Shown: piece by piece, positions 1 through 8,301 of the stretch
Layout of the letters: each line of letters opens with the position of its first letter
How positions within the stretch are numbered: position 1 is the first letter of the stretch
Assembly: GCA_015068765.1 (NCBI GenBank)
Contig: SVJY01000002.1
Span: 2,915 to 66,914 of the forward strand
Origin: Oscillospiraceae bacterium
GTDB lineage: Bacteria > Bacillota > Clostridia > UMGS1883 > UMGS1540
Reading direction: 5' to 3'
Length of the DNA: 64,000 bases
The notes under the pieces: generated by a model
Seen by the model: only the letters and a program-made list of their open reading frames with translations
Database searches by the model: none
What the model was told of the DNA's origin: nothing
Translations under genes and position numbers: made by a program

Positions 1-142
1 CATGGGCAGGGGTTTCTAAATATGTACCTGTCTGAGAGTGAAGACCGTCAAAAATTTCACAGCCCACATAGCCTTCCACCCACGAAACAGGCGGAAGCGG
101 ACGGATAGAAAGCCGGGGGAAGGGTGGAGCATAGTTCCACAT
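1..142 (-). CDS. cyclase-family-like protein, N-terminal part only (gene runs off the left edge)
   Basis: Minus-strand ORF starts at ATG 142: MWNYAPPFPRLSIRPLPPVSWVEGYVGCEIFDGLHSQTGTYLETPAH... The H-x-x-GT-x-x-[DE]-x-P-x-H stretch resembles the metal-binding motif of the putative cyclase / kynurenine formamidase family. The RBS is weak, so the start is uncertain. It lies directly downstream of 175..864 on the same strand. Confidence 0.35.
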   Translation of the reverse strand, partial: MWNYAPPFPRLSIRPLPPVSWVEGYVGCEIFDGLHSQTGTYLETPAH

Positions 143-174
143 TCCCGTGTAGAGTGTTCCGGTTAAATCAATCC

Positions 175-864
175 TCATATCCGCATCAGCATCTCGGCAA
201 GGCGACGGAGCGTATCCTCCATGTTTCCGCAGTAATCGGAAACGGAAATATATCCGTCATAGCTTCGGGCAAGGAGCAGAGAGAGACATTCCTTAACTTC
301 GCTGTTTCCCTCCTCCAGCGGTACAAGCGTATCAGTGCCCATGATGCCGTCCTGCATCCGGACAAAGACAACATCGCCGTGTACCTTGCTTTTGTAAAAT
401 ACAGACCGGAAGGGCATTTTTCCCTGGCGGGCAAATTCTACGGGACTAAGCACCAGACCGGTAGCGGCGGTACGGAAGGTCTTGTATGCTTCCAAAGACA
501 AACCGTTTTCCAGGGTGGGCTCAAATAACAGGCGAATCCCCATACCCCGTGCCATATCAATAACCTGCGACAGGTTTTCACTGTCTTCCGGGGCAAAGGC
601 GGTTGCGAGCTTTACGTTTTCAATGTATAACAGATGGGCACGGCGGAAGAAATCCGCATATTCGGAAAGACCGGACAGGGGCATATCCACCGTGTAGAGA
701 ACAATCCGTTGCCGCTTTTCAATCAGGCGGTTTCGTATTTCTTCTGTTTCTGCACCGGTGAGAAGGTGCAGAGGCTTTCCGAATACACCGTCACAAAGCT
801 CCAGATTATCAATGCCGTAGGTCTCCGCATCAAGATTATTAAGAGCAATACTGTATTTAAACAT
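175..864 (-). CDS. sugar phosphate isomerase/epimerase (xylose-isomerase-like TIM barrel)
   Basis: 229-aa ORF with an alternating beta/alpha pattern. The LLYIENV and RLLFEPT segments are typical of this fold family. It overlaps the stop of the upstream gene by 8 nt, which suggests translational coupling. Confidence 0.55.
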   Translation of the reverse strand: MFKYSIALNNLDAETYGIDNLELCDGVFGKPLHLLTGAETEEIRNRLIEKRQRIVLYTVDMPLSGLSEYADFFRRAHLLYIENVKLATAFAPEDSENLSQVIDMARGMGIRLLFEPTLENGLSLEAYKTFRTAATGLVLSPVEFARQGKMPFRSVFYKSKVHGDVVFVRMQDGIMGTDTLVPLEEGNSEVKECLSLLLARSYDGYISVSDYCGNMEDTLRRLAEMLMRI

Positions 865-1636
865 TTTTTACGGCACCTCCGTTATGATATTTGCAATCAA
901 CGCAGCGTTTGTTTTCACAAAGGAAGTAGTTTACATTTTTCTGTAAAAGCTCCAGCCCGATCGAAAACATTTTCGCCACATCAATGACCTTGACAACCGC
1001 ACCGCCTACTTTGCCTTCCGTCATGGCGTCTGCCCGGCGGAGGTCCCGGGTAAAGGACAGAAAATCACGGTGTCCCGGCGGATACCGCTTGACGGTCATC
1101 GTTTTTCCCTCGTAGTCCTTCATATACGTGGGGGCGACAAAGATTTGGTCCTCTAAGTAGGGGGCGTCCACAAAATCCTCCAGGGTGTGAAGGGTGGTAT
1201 TCCGGTTCATATCTACGCCAAGGAGTACAATTTTTCCACCCAGCTCACAAAGCTTCTCATAGGGTGTGCCATGACCGCAGTTGGTCTCTGCTGTATCGTG
1301 ACCGGCAGTGAAATAAGCGGCGAGCTTCCCGATGGCGGCTACGGAGTGGGAAGGACGAAGGGAACGGATTGCGTTGGGACGAAGCCGTACCGTTTCATTG
1401 ATAATCCCCACAGTCACAGGACTGGTTGCCGCATCAAAGGGCTTGGAGCTGTCCATGGCGGAGACTGCCAGTGTTCCTTCCGCTCCTAAAACTTCTAACA
1501 GTGCATCCACAACGGCATCTGCACCGCCTTCTACATAACCGATGGCGGAAAGAGAGCTGTGCACGAGAATCAAATCGCCTTCTTCTATGCCGCAAAGACG
1601 GAAGTCACGCACCATTTGTTCCTTGGTAATTGCCAT
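857..1636 (-). CDS. AAC(3)-family (Antibiotic_NAT fold) N-acetyltransferase
   Basis: 259-aa ORF. LILVHSSLSAIGYVEGGADAVVDALLEVLGAEGTLAVSAM and NTTLHTLEDF match the aminoglycoside 3-N-acetyltransferase family pattern. The substrate cannot be inferred. Confidence 0.7.
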   Translation of the reverse strand: MAITKEQMVRDFRLCGIEEGDLILVHSSLSAIGYVEGGADAVVDALLEVLGAEGTLAVSAMDSSKPFDAATSPVTVGIINETVRLRPNAIRSLRPSHSVAAIGKLAAYFTAGHDTAETNCGHGTPYEKLCELGGKIVLLGVDMNRNTTLHTLEDFVDAPYLEDQIFVAPTYMKDYEGKTMTVKRYPPGHRDFLSFTRDLRRADAMTEGKVGGAVVKVIDVAKMFSIGLELLQKNVNYFLCENKRCVDCKYHNGGAVKNV

Positions 1637-1717
1637 AGCGTGTTCATCCTTTCAAAATTTTTTGTCATTGTATGATAGGAATAAAAAAATGTCAAGTCCT
1701 TTTGTCGGGAAACGTAA

Positions 1718-2980
1718 TTATTTTCCCAGTGTAGGTAATTCGGACAAATATTTACGGAGGATTTCCTGTGTGAAGCCATTATTTTCCATGATTTCTCTAT
1801 AGAAAAAGGCACTGGGCTTGGGTGTACGCTTAAAAGTATCAAAATCCACATCCACAAGTCCGAAACGGGGCAGGAAAGAGGTCCATTCGTAGTTATCCAT
1901 AAAGGACCAGTACAGATACCCCCGTACATCTGCACCCATACGCATGGCTTCCCGGATGGCATTGAGATACAGGGCCAGATAGACAATGCGGAACCGGTCG
2001 TTATCACAGCTACAGCCGTTTTCGGTAATATAGATGGGTTTATCATAAAGCCTTGTGAGCTGACCGATCATGTTTTCGGGATACATTTCCTCCAGATAAA
2101 AGTCCATGGGAATCATTTTCAGCTTTTTGTGCTCATACCGGATACCGAAGCCGTTTTGGCGACGGGCATCAATTAGCGTGCGGGTGTACATATTGATAGC
2201 CCAGTAGTCTAGGGTATCTTTCACTTCCGGGCAGACTTCACCGTCTGTAAAGGGAAAAACGATTTCGCCGGTACGGATTGCATGGAGGAAGAAGCCGTTT
2301 GCCGCCCAATCGTGATATTCGGCAAGCGTTCTATCAAAAGTGTCATGATGACGTTTCGGGGTATACTGCACCATAGCGTGGGCAGTGCTTACGGGCTTAT
2401 CGGAATATTTTTTCACAATGTGGTAGCCTCGGGCATGAAATTTGAGGCAGTTGATTTTCCATAGATACCGTTCACTGCTAAAGCCCAGATTAAATTCATT
2501 CAGGATGTTCCAGGAATCAACGTATGGGGCGACAAGCGGCACGATATACTCGGCAAAACGCTCAAAATATCGTAGGTTTTCTATATTCTGAAAGCCACCT
2601 TTTTCGATAAACCAGACAGGTGTGGTGAAATGAATCAGCGTCAGAAATACAGTGATCCCGTTTTCTTTTAATAGTGCAAGCTCTTTTATATAATGCTCTG
2701 TGGCTTCCTTATTGAATTGACCCTCGGTCGGTTCGATCCGGCTCCATTCCAGGCTCATACGATAAGCCTGATGTCCCAGCGCCTTCAGAAGGCGTGTGTC
2801 CTCCTCCACCATTTCGTAGTGGTTGCAAGCCTTGCCGGACGGGGCACGAAATTCGTCAAAATAAAATTCCGGCTTTTGTTCGTCCGCCCAGTTGGAGCTG
2901 TGAATATTATTCCCCTCAATTTGATGCCCGGCCGTGGCAGTGCCCCATAAAAAGCCCTTGGGGAAAAGTGTGTCGGGCAA
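1718..2980 (-). CDS. glycoside hydrolase family 1 beta-glucosidase / 6-phospho-beta-glucosidase
   Basis: 420-aa ORF. It has the FPKGFLWGTATAGHQIEGN N-terminal signature, the LNEFN acid/base region and the YITENG nucleophile motif. The only in-frame start is TTG 2980, which has no RBS at usable spacing (see finding). Confidence 0.9.
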   Translation of the reverse strand: MPDTLFPKGFLWGTATAGHQIEGNNIHSSNWADEQKPEFYFDEFRAPSGKACNHYEMVEEDTRLLKALGHQAYRMSLEWSRIEPTEGQFNKEATEHYIKELALLKENGITVFLTLIHFTTPVWFIEKGGFQNIENLRYFERFAEYIVPLVAPYVDSWNILNEFNLGFSSERYLWKINCLKFHARGYHIVKKYSDKPVSTAHAMVQYTPKRHHDTFDRTLAEYHDWAANGFFLHAIRTGEIVFPFTDGEVCPEVKDTLDYWAINMYTRTLIDARRQNGFGIRYEHKKLKMIPMDFYLEEMYPENMIGQLTRLYDKPIYITENGCSCDNDRFRIVYLALYLNAIREAMRMGADVRGYLYWSFMDNYEWTSFLPRFGLVDVDFDTFKRTPKPSAFFYREIMENNGFTQEILRKYLSELPTLGK

Positions 2981-3099
2981 AGAAAATACATCGTATATAT
3001 TAAACCCCTCCTTTTTGGTCTAGTATACTATTCCGGCTCGGTTATTGTCAAGTGAGAAAGGTTTCATAGCCATATTTCAAGAGCACAGCGGGCATAACT

Positions 3100-3945
3100 C
3101 TATAATAATTGTTTCATTGTCCGTTCCATGTGAGATAAATCATAAAATCCGCAACAGTGTGCAATTTCCGTTTTTGATAAGCAAACATTATCGATCATTT
3201 CTAAAGCTTTTTTGCAACGGTATCTGTTTATATACTCCATAGGTGTACATCCACATACACTGCGAAAGCTGCGGAGAAATGTCGACCGTGAAAGAAGCGA
3301 TTTTTGGCACAATAAATCAATCGTTATTTTGCTATCGTAGTTTTGGTGTATATATTCAAGCGTTCTGACAATTTCAATATCATACTTATTCAGAACCTTT
3401 TTGCTGCCCGCATATATCTGATTAAAAAGCAAGGCGGAAAGCCAGTATAAGATTTTCCATGTGGTATGTTTTTTAAAAGGTATCATTTCTTCTGTGTCAT
3501 AAACACTATTGTCTGCAATAAAGCTCAAGTCGGTTTTTAGCTGTAATATTTGTCCGTGAGAAAGATGTAGAAACATTTTCTTTGAAAAATTCTGGCGTAA
3601 AAATGGTTCAATCTCAACAAGCTGAAAAAATCCGGGAATACTTGCGTTTTCCTTTTGATTATTGCGGATAAAATCCTTATGCAACAAAATGTGATATACA
3701 TCTAAATCTTCAGTGCCGTAATATGCATGAACCATCATTGGAGATATCATAAAGACATCTCCTGTTTCCACTCTGAAGCATGCATTCTCTATTTGATGTG
3801 TTCCATTTCCTTGCATGATAATATTCAGCTCATAAAAATCGTGATTATGAGGTTTAATTGAATAATCAGTATATAAAAATGCACGGACCTGTTGATTTTC
3901 ATTTTTGAAATTTTGTTTTGAATCACAATGAAAGTTAATATCCAT
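3100..3945 (-). CDS. AraC-family transcriptional regulator (cupin sensor plus HTH)
   Basis: 281 aa. N-terminal cupin-like part (HNHDFYELNIIMQGNGTH) and C-terminal double HTH (LSRSTFLRSFRSVCGCTPMEYINRYRCKKA...IAHCCGFYDLSHMERTMK). Divergent from the GRE gene. Confidence 0.85.
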   Translation of the reverse strand: MDINFHCDSKQNFKNENQQVRAFLYTDYSIKPHNHDFYELNIIMQGNGTHQIENACFRVETGDVFMISPMMVHAYYGTEDLDVYHILLHKDFIRNNQKENASIPGFFQLVEIEPFLRQNFSKKMFLHLSHGQILQLKTDLSFIADNSVYDTEEMIPFKKHTTWKILYWLSALLFNQIYAGSKKVLNKYDIEIVRTLEYIHQNYDSKITIDLLCQKSLLSRSTFLRSFRSVCGCTPMEYINRYRCKKALEMIDNVCLSKTEIAHCCGFYDLSHMERTMKQLL

Positions 3946-4013
3946 TTCTACACCTTTTTGATACGATTATACATGTTTTTGATATTTTTATACTATTATT
4001 ATACCATAAGCCA

Positions 4014-4022
4014 TGTTATAAT
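4014..4022 (+). promoter_or_regulatory. extended -10 element (TGTTATAAT) for the GRE gene
   Basis: TGTTATAAT sits 32 nt upstream of ATG 4054 in a very AT-rich divergent intergenic region. No good -35 is visible. Confidence 0.35.
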
Positions 4023-4053
4023 GCAAGGGAAAACAAAAAAAGGATGTTTCATT

Positions 4054-6146
4054 ATGCACAGAATAAAAAAATTGCGCATGATGGCTTTGGAAAATACAAT
4101 TTGTTTTGACGAATTTTTTTATAAATTCTACAAGTGCTATACAGCCAGTCAAAAGACATCAAAAGAAGACCGTTATGCAGAAGCTTTTTTTTTGCATTCT
4201 CAAATCTGACGCCTTCCATATCAGAGGATGAGCTAATTGTGGGGAAATGCAATAAGAAGCTATCGTCTCATGAAGAAAATGAATGGCTTACTAAATATTT
4301 GCCGATAGCAAAAGAGGGGATGAAAAAAGCAGGAGGCGGCCAGGATTCACATATGGCGATTGATTATGAACTTATATTAAATTGCGGACTAAAAGGTATC
4401 ATTGAAAAAATCAACATATATCTGCTAAATTGCGATGAAAACAAAAAGAAGTTTTATCAAGTCTGTAAAAAATGTCTTGAAGCCGTTATACATTTTTCGG
4501 AACAATATGCGGATGAAGCTGCAAAGCTGGCGGAATCTTCGGAAGATGCAAACAGACGTGAAGAGCTTAAAAAAATAGCAGAAATATGCAGAAAAGTACC
4601 TGCAAGTCCTGCCGAAAGTTTTTACGAAGCCATACAATCTGTACATTTCATTACGTTTTGTGTTTCCCTGAATCCCTTCCGGTATAGCTCCCAGCAGCAG
4701 TTTCAGCTGGGGCATCCCGACCGGTATTTATTGCCCTATTATCTTAAAGATATACAAAATGGTGTCATTACAAAAGAATACGCACAACTGCTCTTGGATT
4801 GCCTTGGAATACAGGTGAATAACCGTGTACCAAACGGTCTTTCGAGCGGTTATATGGTCGGCGGCCGTGATGAAAATAATAAGATTGTTGAAAATGAGCT
4901 TACCGATATGTGTATGCAGGTCGTGGACGACATAAAATTAGTTTATCCTGCTGTTGGACTGTGCTATACAGAGGGAATGGACGATAGATACCTGGAAAAA
5001 GCCTGCGAAATTTTATCTCACGGATGTTCACACCCGGCAATATTTAATGATGATATTGTAACAAAAGGTTTACAATGCTATGGGGTACCCGAAAAAGAAG
5101 CTCGAAGCTATATTCATAGCACTTGCGTTGAGATAACGCCGGTAGCAGCATCAAATGTATGGGTGGCAAGCCCGTATACAAATATGCCTATGCTTCTGCT
5201 TGATATTCTTGACAGAGAGTACACGGACTTAGATGAACTTTTAGCGACTCTTTTTGCAAAGCTTGATACGAAAATAAAAAGTAACTTCGAGAGTGAAAAT
5301 GCAAAAAGAAAATATCGCGGCGAAAATGCTATGAATCCTTTGCTTTCGTGCTTTGTCAACGATTGTCTTGAACGTGGAGCAGATATTGAACAGGGTGGTG
5401 CAAGATATAACTGGATTATGCCGAGTTTCGTAGGAATGGCAAACTTAGTAGATTCTTTATATGCGATAAAACATCTTGTATTTGATTTGAAAGAGCTTAG
5501 CATCAAAGCGTTTAAAGTTATTCTTGACAGTAACTTTGAAAATAATGAGACTTTCAGACAGCGTCTATTAAATTCTATTCCGAAATACGGTAACGACATT
5601 GATGAAATTGACTGCTTCTTTGAAAAAATAACAGAGCACATTATAGCAGAATGTAGGAAGTACACCGGAATACATACAAACGGAAATCTTATTCCAAGTG
5701 TATTTTGTTGGGTAATGCACGAACGCTTCGGAGGCCAAACAGGAGCAACGCCCGACGGAAGAAAAGCAGGGTTTCCCCTCGGCGACGGGTCCGGTCCGTG
5801 CCAGGGCAGAGAAATGAAGGGCCCGACCGCTTCCATTTTATCTTCCACAAAGTGGGCCCATCATGAACTTATTGGCGGGGTTGCAGTCAATATGAAGTTT
5901 TCAAAGAAGTCATTGGGTATGCATTCGCTCGATACCATGAAAAGTCTGATTCAAACATATATTCAAAGAGGCGGATTTGAAATGCAAATCAATGTCATTG
6001 ATAAAGAAACGCTGGAAAAGGCAGTGATAAATCCCGAGGAATATAAAGACCTTGTCGTAAGGATAGGCGGATACAGCGATTATTTTGTAAAATTGTCATC
6101 TGAAATGCAGCAAGAGGTGATTTTAAGAACGGAGCACAATATATAA
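4054..6146 (+). pseudogene. glycyl radical enzyme (PFL-like, unknown substrate), reading frame broken in a T9 run
   Basis: The N-terminal 46 codons (MHRIKKLRMMALEN...EDRYAEAFF) are in one frame and stop at 4207-4209. The remaining ~650 codons (FAFSNLTPSISEDELIVGK...) are in the -1 frame. The switch point is the T9 run at 4185-4193. The C-terminus carries the glycyl-radical motif VVRIGGYSDYFVKLSSEMQQEVILRTEH (compare Pfl[27 protein letters not shown] in this window). The thiyl-Cys region is IHSTCVEITPV. Confidence 0.8.
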
Positions 6147-6153
6147 GCGAAAT

Positions 6154-6255
6154 ATATTTAACAAGCAGTGCGTTTCAACCAGTGACGGTCCGGGTGTGCG
6201 TACAGTTGTCTTTCTTAATGGCATAAGCGCAAAAATCATCTCACGTTGCCGATAG
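6154..6255 (+). pseudogene. remnant of a glycyl-radical-enzyme activating enzyme (first ~23 codons only)
   Basis: Translation reads [23 protein letters not shown], then unrelated [10 protein letters not shown]-stop. Compare the intact PflA in this window: [33 protein letters not shown]. There is no start codon, and the CxxxCxxC radical-SAM motif is missing. Confidence 0.6.
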
Positions 6256-6303
6256 CTCCTGCTATCAATTTTACGGGAAATCATTTAAACACAATTACAA
6301 ATC

Positions 6304-6333
6304 TTGACAATACGGTACAGACTGTGATATACT
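6304..6333 (+). promoter_or_regulatory. sigma-A-like promoter for cysE (TTGACA-18-TATACT)
   Basis: TTGACA at 6304-6309 and TATACT at 6328-6333, about 24 nt upstream of the cysE ATG. Confidence 0.45.
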
Positions 6334-6356
6334 GCACGGGAAAGAGGTGGTATATC

Positions 6357-6995
6357 ATGTTTGATAATTTACGATATGATATAAAAACGATTATGGAGCG
6401 TGACCCGGCGGCAAAAAGTGCGGCACAGGTTTTCTTTCTGTATCCGGGACTTTGGGCGGTGATTTACCACCGGCTTGCACACTGGCTGCACCGGCACGGG
6501 CGGACGTTTCTTGCCCGCATGGTTTCCAATATTGCAAGAAGTGCCACCGGCATCGAAATCCATCCCGGAGCCACAATCGGCCGGGGGCTTCTCATTGACC
6601 ACGGTATGGGTGTGGTCATTGGAGAAACAGCGGAAATCGGCGATAACGTTACAATTTACCAGGGCGTGACGTTAGGCGGTACAGGCAAGGATGTGGGGAA
6701 ACGACACCCGACCATCGGCAATAATGTGCTGATTGGGGCAGGTGCGAAGGTGCTGGGGCCGTTTACGGTGGGCGAAAACTCCAAGATTGCCGCTAATTCC
6801 GTGGTGCTCAGCGAGGTGCCGCCGAACTGTACCTGCGTTGGTGCACCGGCAAGAATTGTGAAACGGGATAATGCTCGGGTAAACAACTTTGACCAGATTC
6901 ATCTGCCGGATCCGGTTTCCCAGGAGCTTTGCCGATTGTTAATCCGTATCGAGAAGCTGGAAAAGGCGGCGGAAAAAGAGGGGAAAAACACTTAA
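6357..6995 (+). CDS. cysE: serine O-acetyltransferase
   Basis: ATG 6357 is preceded by AAAGAGGTGG. The protein starts [21 protein letters not shown]...[44 protein letters not shown], with hexapeptide repeats. The longer track ORF from 6246 is an upstream read-through. Confidence 0.9.
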   Translation: MFDNLRYDIKTIMERDPAAKSAAQVFFLYPGLWAVIYHRLAHWLHRHGRTFLARMVSNIARSATGIEIHPGATIGRGLLIDHGMGVVIGETAEIGDNVTIYQGVTLGGTGKDVGKRHPTIGNNVLIGAGAKVLGPFTVGENSKIAANSVVLSEVPPNCTCVGAPARIVKRDNARVNNFDQIHLPDPVSQELCRLLIRIEKLEKAAEKEGKNT

Positions 6996-7233
6996 CAAAC
7001 CGAAAAAACGTTATCAGCGGTGCCGAACCGGAGCTGGATGTTTTCGCAGAGCTCTCGATTGTCATTATCGGTCTTGTGTACATTGTTTTTCGATCGCTGG
7101 GCACTGACGAAGGCCGGCGATATCAAGCCGATGAGAGAAGATGTAAAAATGCGCCGTCAGACGAAGCTTGCAGCTTCTCGGTCTGCGTCCGAAAAATAAT
7201 TACCAAAAAAAATCCGAATGCCTAAGCCGAGTG
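6971..7233 (+). repeat. scrambled left copy of the cysE-3'/promoter/antiporter unit (segments A+B+C)
   Basis: Aligned by eye. 6971-7018 matches 11707-11755 with 4 small differences. 7019-7113 matches 12713-12807 with 4 mismatches in 95 nt. 7114-7233 matches 13026-13144 with 3 mismatches and a 1-nt A-run difference. Confidence 0.85.
7019..7209 (+). pseudogene. cation:proton antiporter relic (two 3'-proximal pieces fused, no start)
   Basis: It encodes ...ELDVFAELSIVIIGLVYIVF... and the last ~30 codons of the 11820..13121 gene, joined out of frame. The stop TAA at 7207-7209 corresponds to 13119-13121. Confidence 0.8.
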
Positions 7234-7256
7234 TTCTTAAGGACAGAAAAAGCGTA

Positions 7257-7305
7257 TTTCAACAAGTGATTTTAACTGATGAAATACGCTTTTTTACTGT
7301 ATAGG
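7257..7305. terminator. bidirectional hairpin terminator
   Basis: AAAAGCGTATTTCA (7257-7270) pairs with TGAAATACGCTTTT (from 7290), with A and T runs on both sides. The loop is rather large (~20 nt). It lies downstream of the AraC gene on the minus strand. Confidence 0.5.
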
Positions 7306-7378
7306 AAATTGCGCTGTATTTCGTTCGGGATGTCAATCATATTGTGATCGCGACATGGGTGCGGCTTAGCCTACTTTT

Positions 7379-8200
7379 TTATAGATTATACATGTTTTTC
7401 TTGTATTTCAGCGGTGTCGTTCCGTAGGTCTTTTTAAAGAGAGCAATAAAACTTGAATAATCAGGAAATCCGCTTTGAGAAGAAGCTTCAGCAACTGTAC
7501 AACCATTTAACAATAGCTTTAATGCATTTGCTAGTCGTTTCTTTTTTATATATTCATACGGAGAAATGTTTAAAGCTTTCTTGAAATGACGCTCTAATGT
7601 ATTGATACTCACATGAGCTTCTTTTGCTATTTCATATACAGATATATCATTTCCAAAATAACGATTGATATAATTAATGGCATAATATATGTCAGCCGGG
7701 TAATTTAGAGCATTGTCTTTAACTGCATCTGCATTTTGCAAAATATTAATCAGTTTGAAGAAGTTATAATATTTTTTGATTTGCGAAGGTTCTTCTTGTG
7801 TCATTTTATGACAAAGAGATATAAGCATATCGGTATTGTCCGGAGAAAGGAACAGATGATTCGCATTGCCGGAGTTTCTGTTAAAAAAAACATCTAGCAG
7901 ATATTCATTTCCCGATGGGGAAAATAAAATCCAGAAATGCCTGTGCAGTTTATTGCTATGGTAAACACAGTGATGATATTCAAAGGGGCGGGTAATTATA
8001 ATATCCCCGGGGTTTATGGGATAAATATGATTTTCGACAACGAAAGATACATCGCCACTCAGGTTTACATATATTTCACATTTTTCGTGAATGTGCGAAT
8101 CATTTACATTTTCAACTGAGTCGGCATACAGTTCTGCGTATGTAGTCGAAAAATCAAACGCCCTAATGCTGTCGCAATGTTCGTGGTTGCTTACTTTCAT
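7379..8200 (-). CDS. AraC-family transcriptional regulator
   Basis: 273 aa with a cupin-like N-terminus and a C-terminal HTH (ISVYEIAKEAHVSINTLERHFKKALNISPYEYIKKKRLANA...SGFPDYSSFIALFKKTYGTTPLKY). Divergent from the transporter/GH36 genes. Confidence 0.85.
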   Translation of the reverse strand: MKVSNHEHCDSIRAFDFSTTYAELYADSVENVNDSHIHEKCEIYVNLSGDVSFVVENHIYPINPGDIIITRPFEYHHCVYHSNKLHRHFWILFSPSGNEYLLDVFFNRNSGNANHLFLSPDNTDMLISLCHKMTQEEPSQIKKYYNFFKLINILQNADAVKDNALNYPADIYYAINYINRYFGNDISVYEIAKEAHVSINTLERHFKKALNISPYEYIKKKRLANALKLLLNGCTVAEASSQSGFPDYSSFIALFKKTYGTTPLKYKKNMYNL

Positions 8201-8301
8201 AAAATCACCTTCCGTTGGTGATTATATCATATTTTGTGGTGAATTTTCAATATAAATATGAAAATTTAATTGATATAATAGCTAAAAAGGAGGTGAGACT
8301 T

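Noticed and set aside
3928-4053. Upstream extension of the GRE N-terminal ORF (MKVNIHFYTFLIRLYMF...).
   Set aside because: It is low-complexity AT-rich intergenic sequence that contains the extended -10 element. The GRE-like sequence only begins at MHRIKKLR (ATG 4054).
6246-6356. N-terminal 37 codons of the track ORF 6246..6995 (would make a 249-aa CysE).
   Set aside because: The extension has no RBS and covers the cysE promoter (TTGACA 6304). ATG 6357 has AAAGAGGTGG upstream and gives the canonical CysE N-terminus.
6929-7225. 98-aa ORF after cysE.
   Set aside because: It is a chimera. It reads across the cysE end and two out-of-frame antiporter fragments (see the repeat analysis), and it has no RBS.
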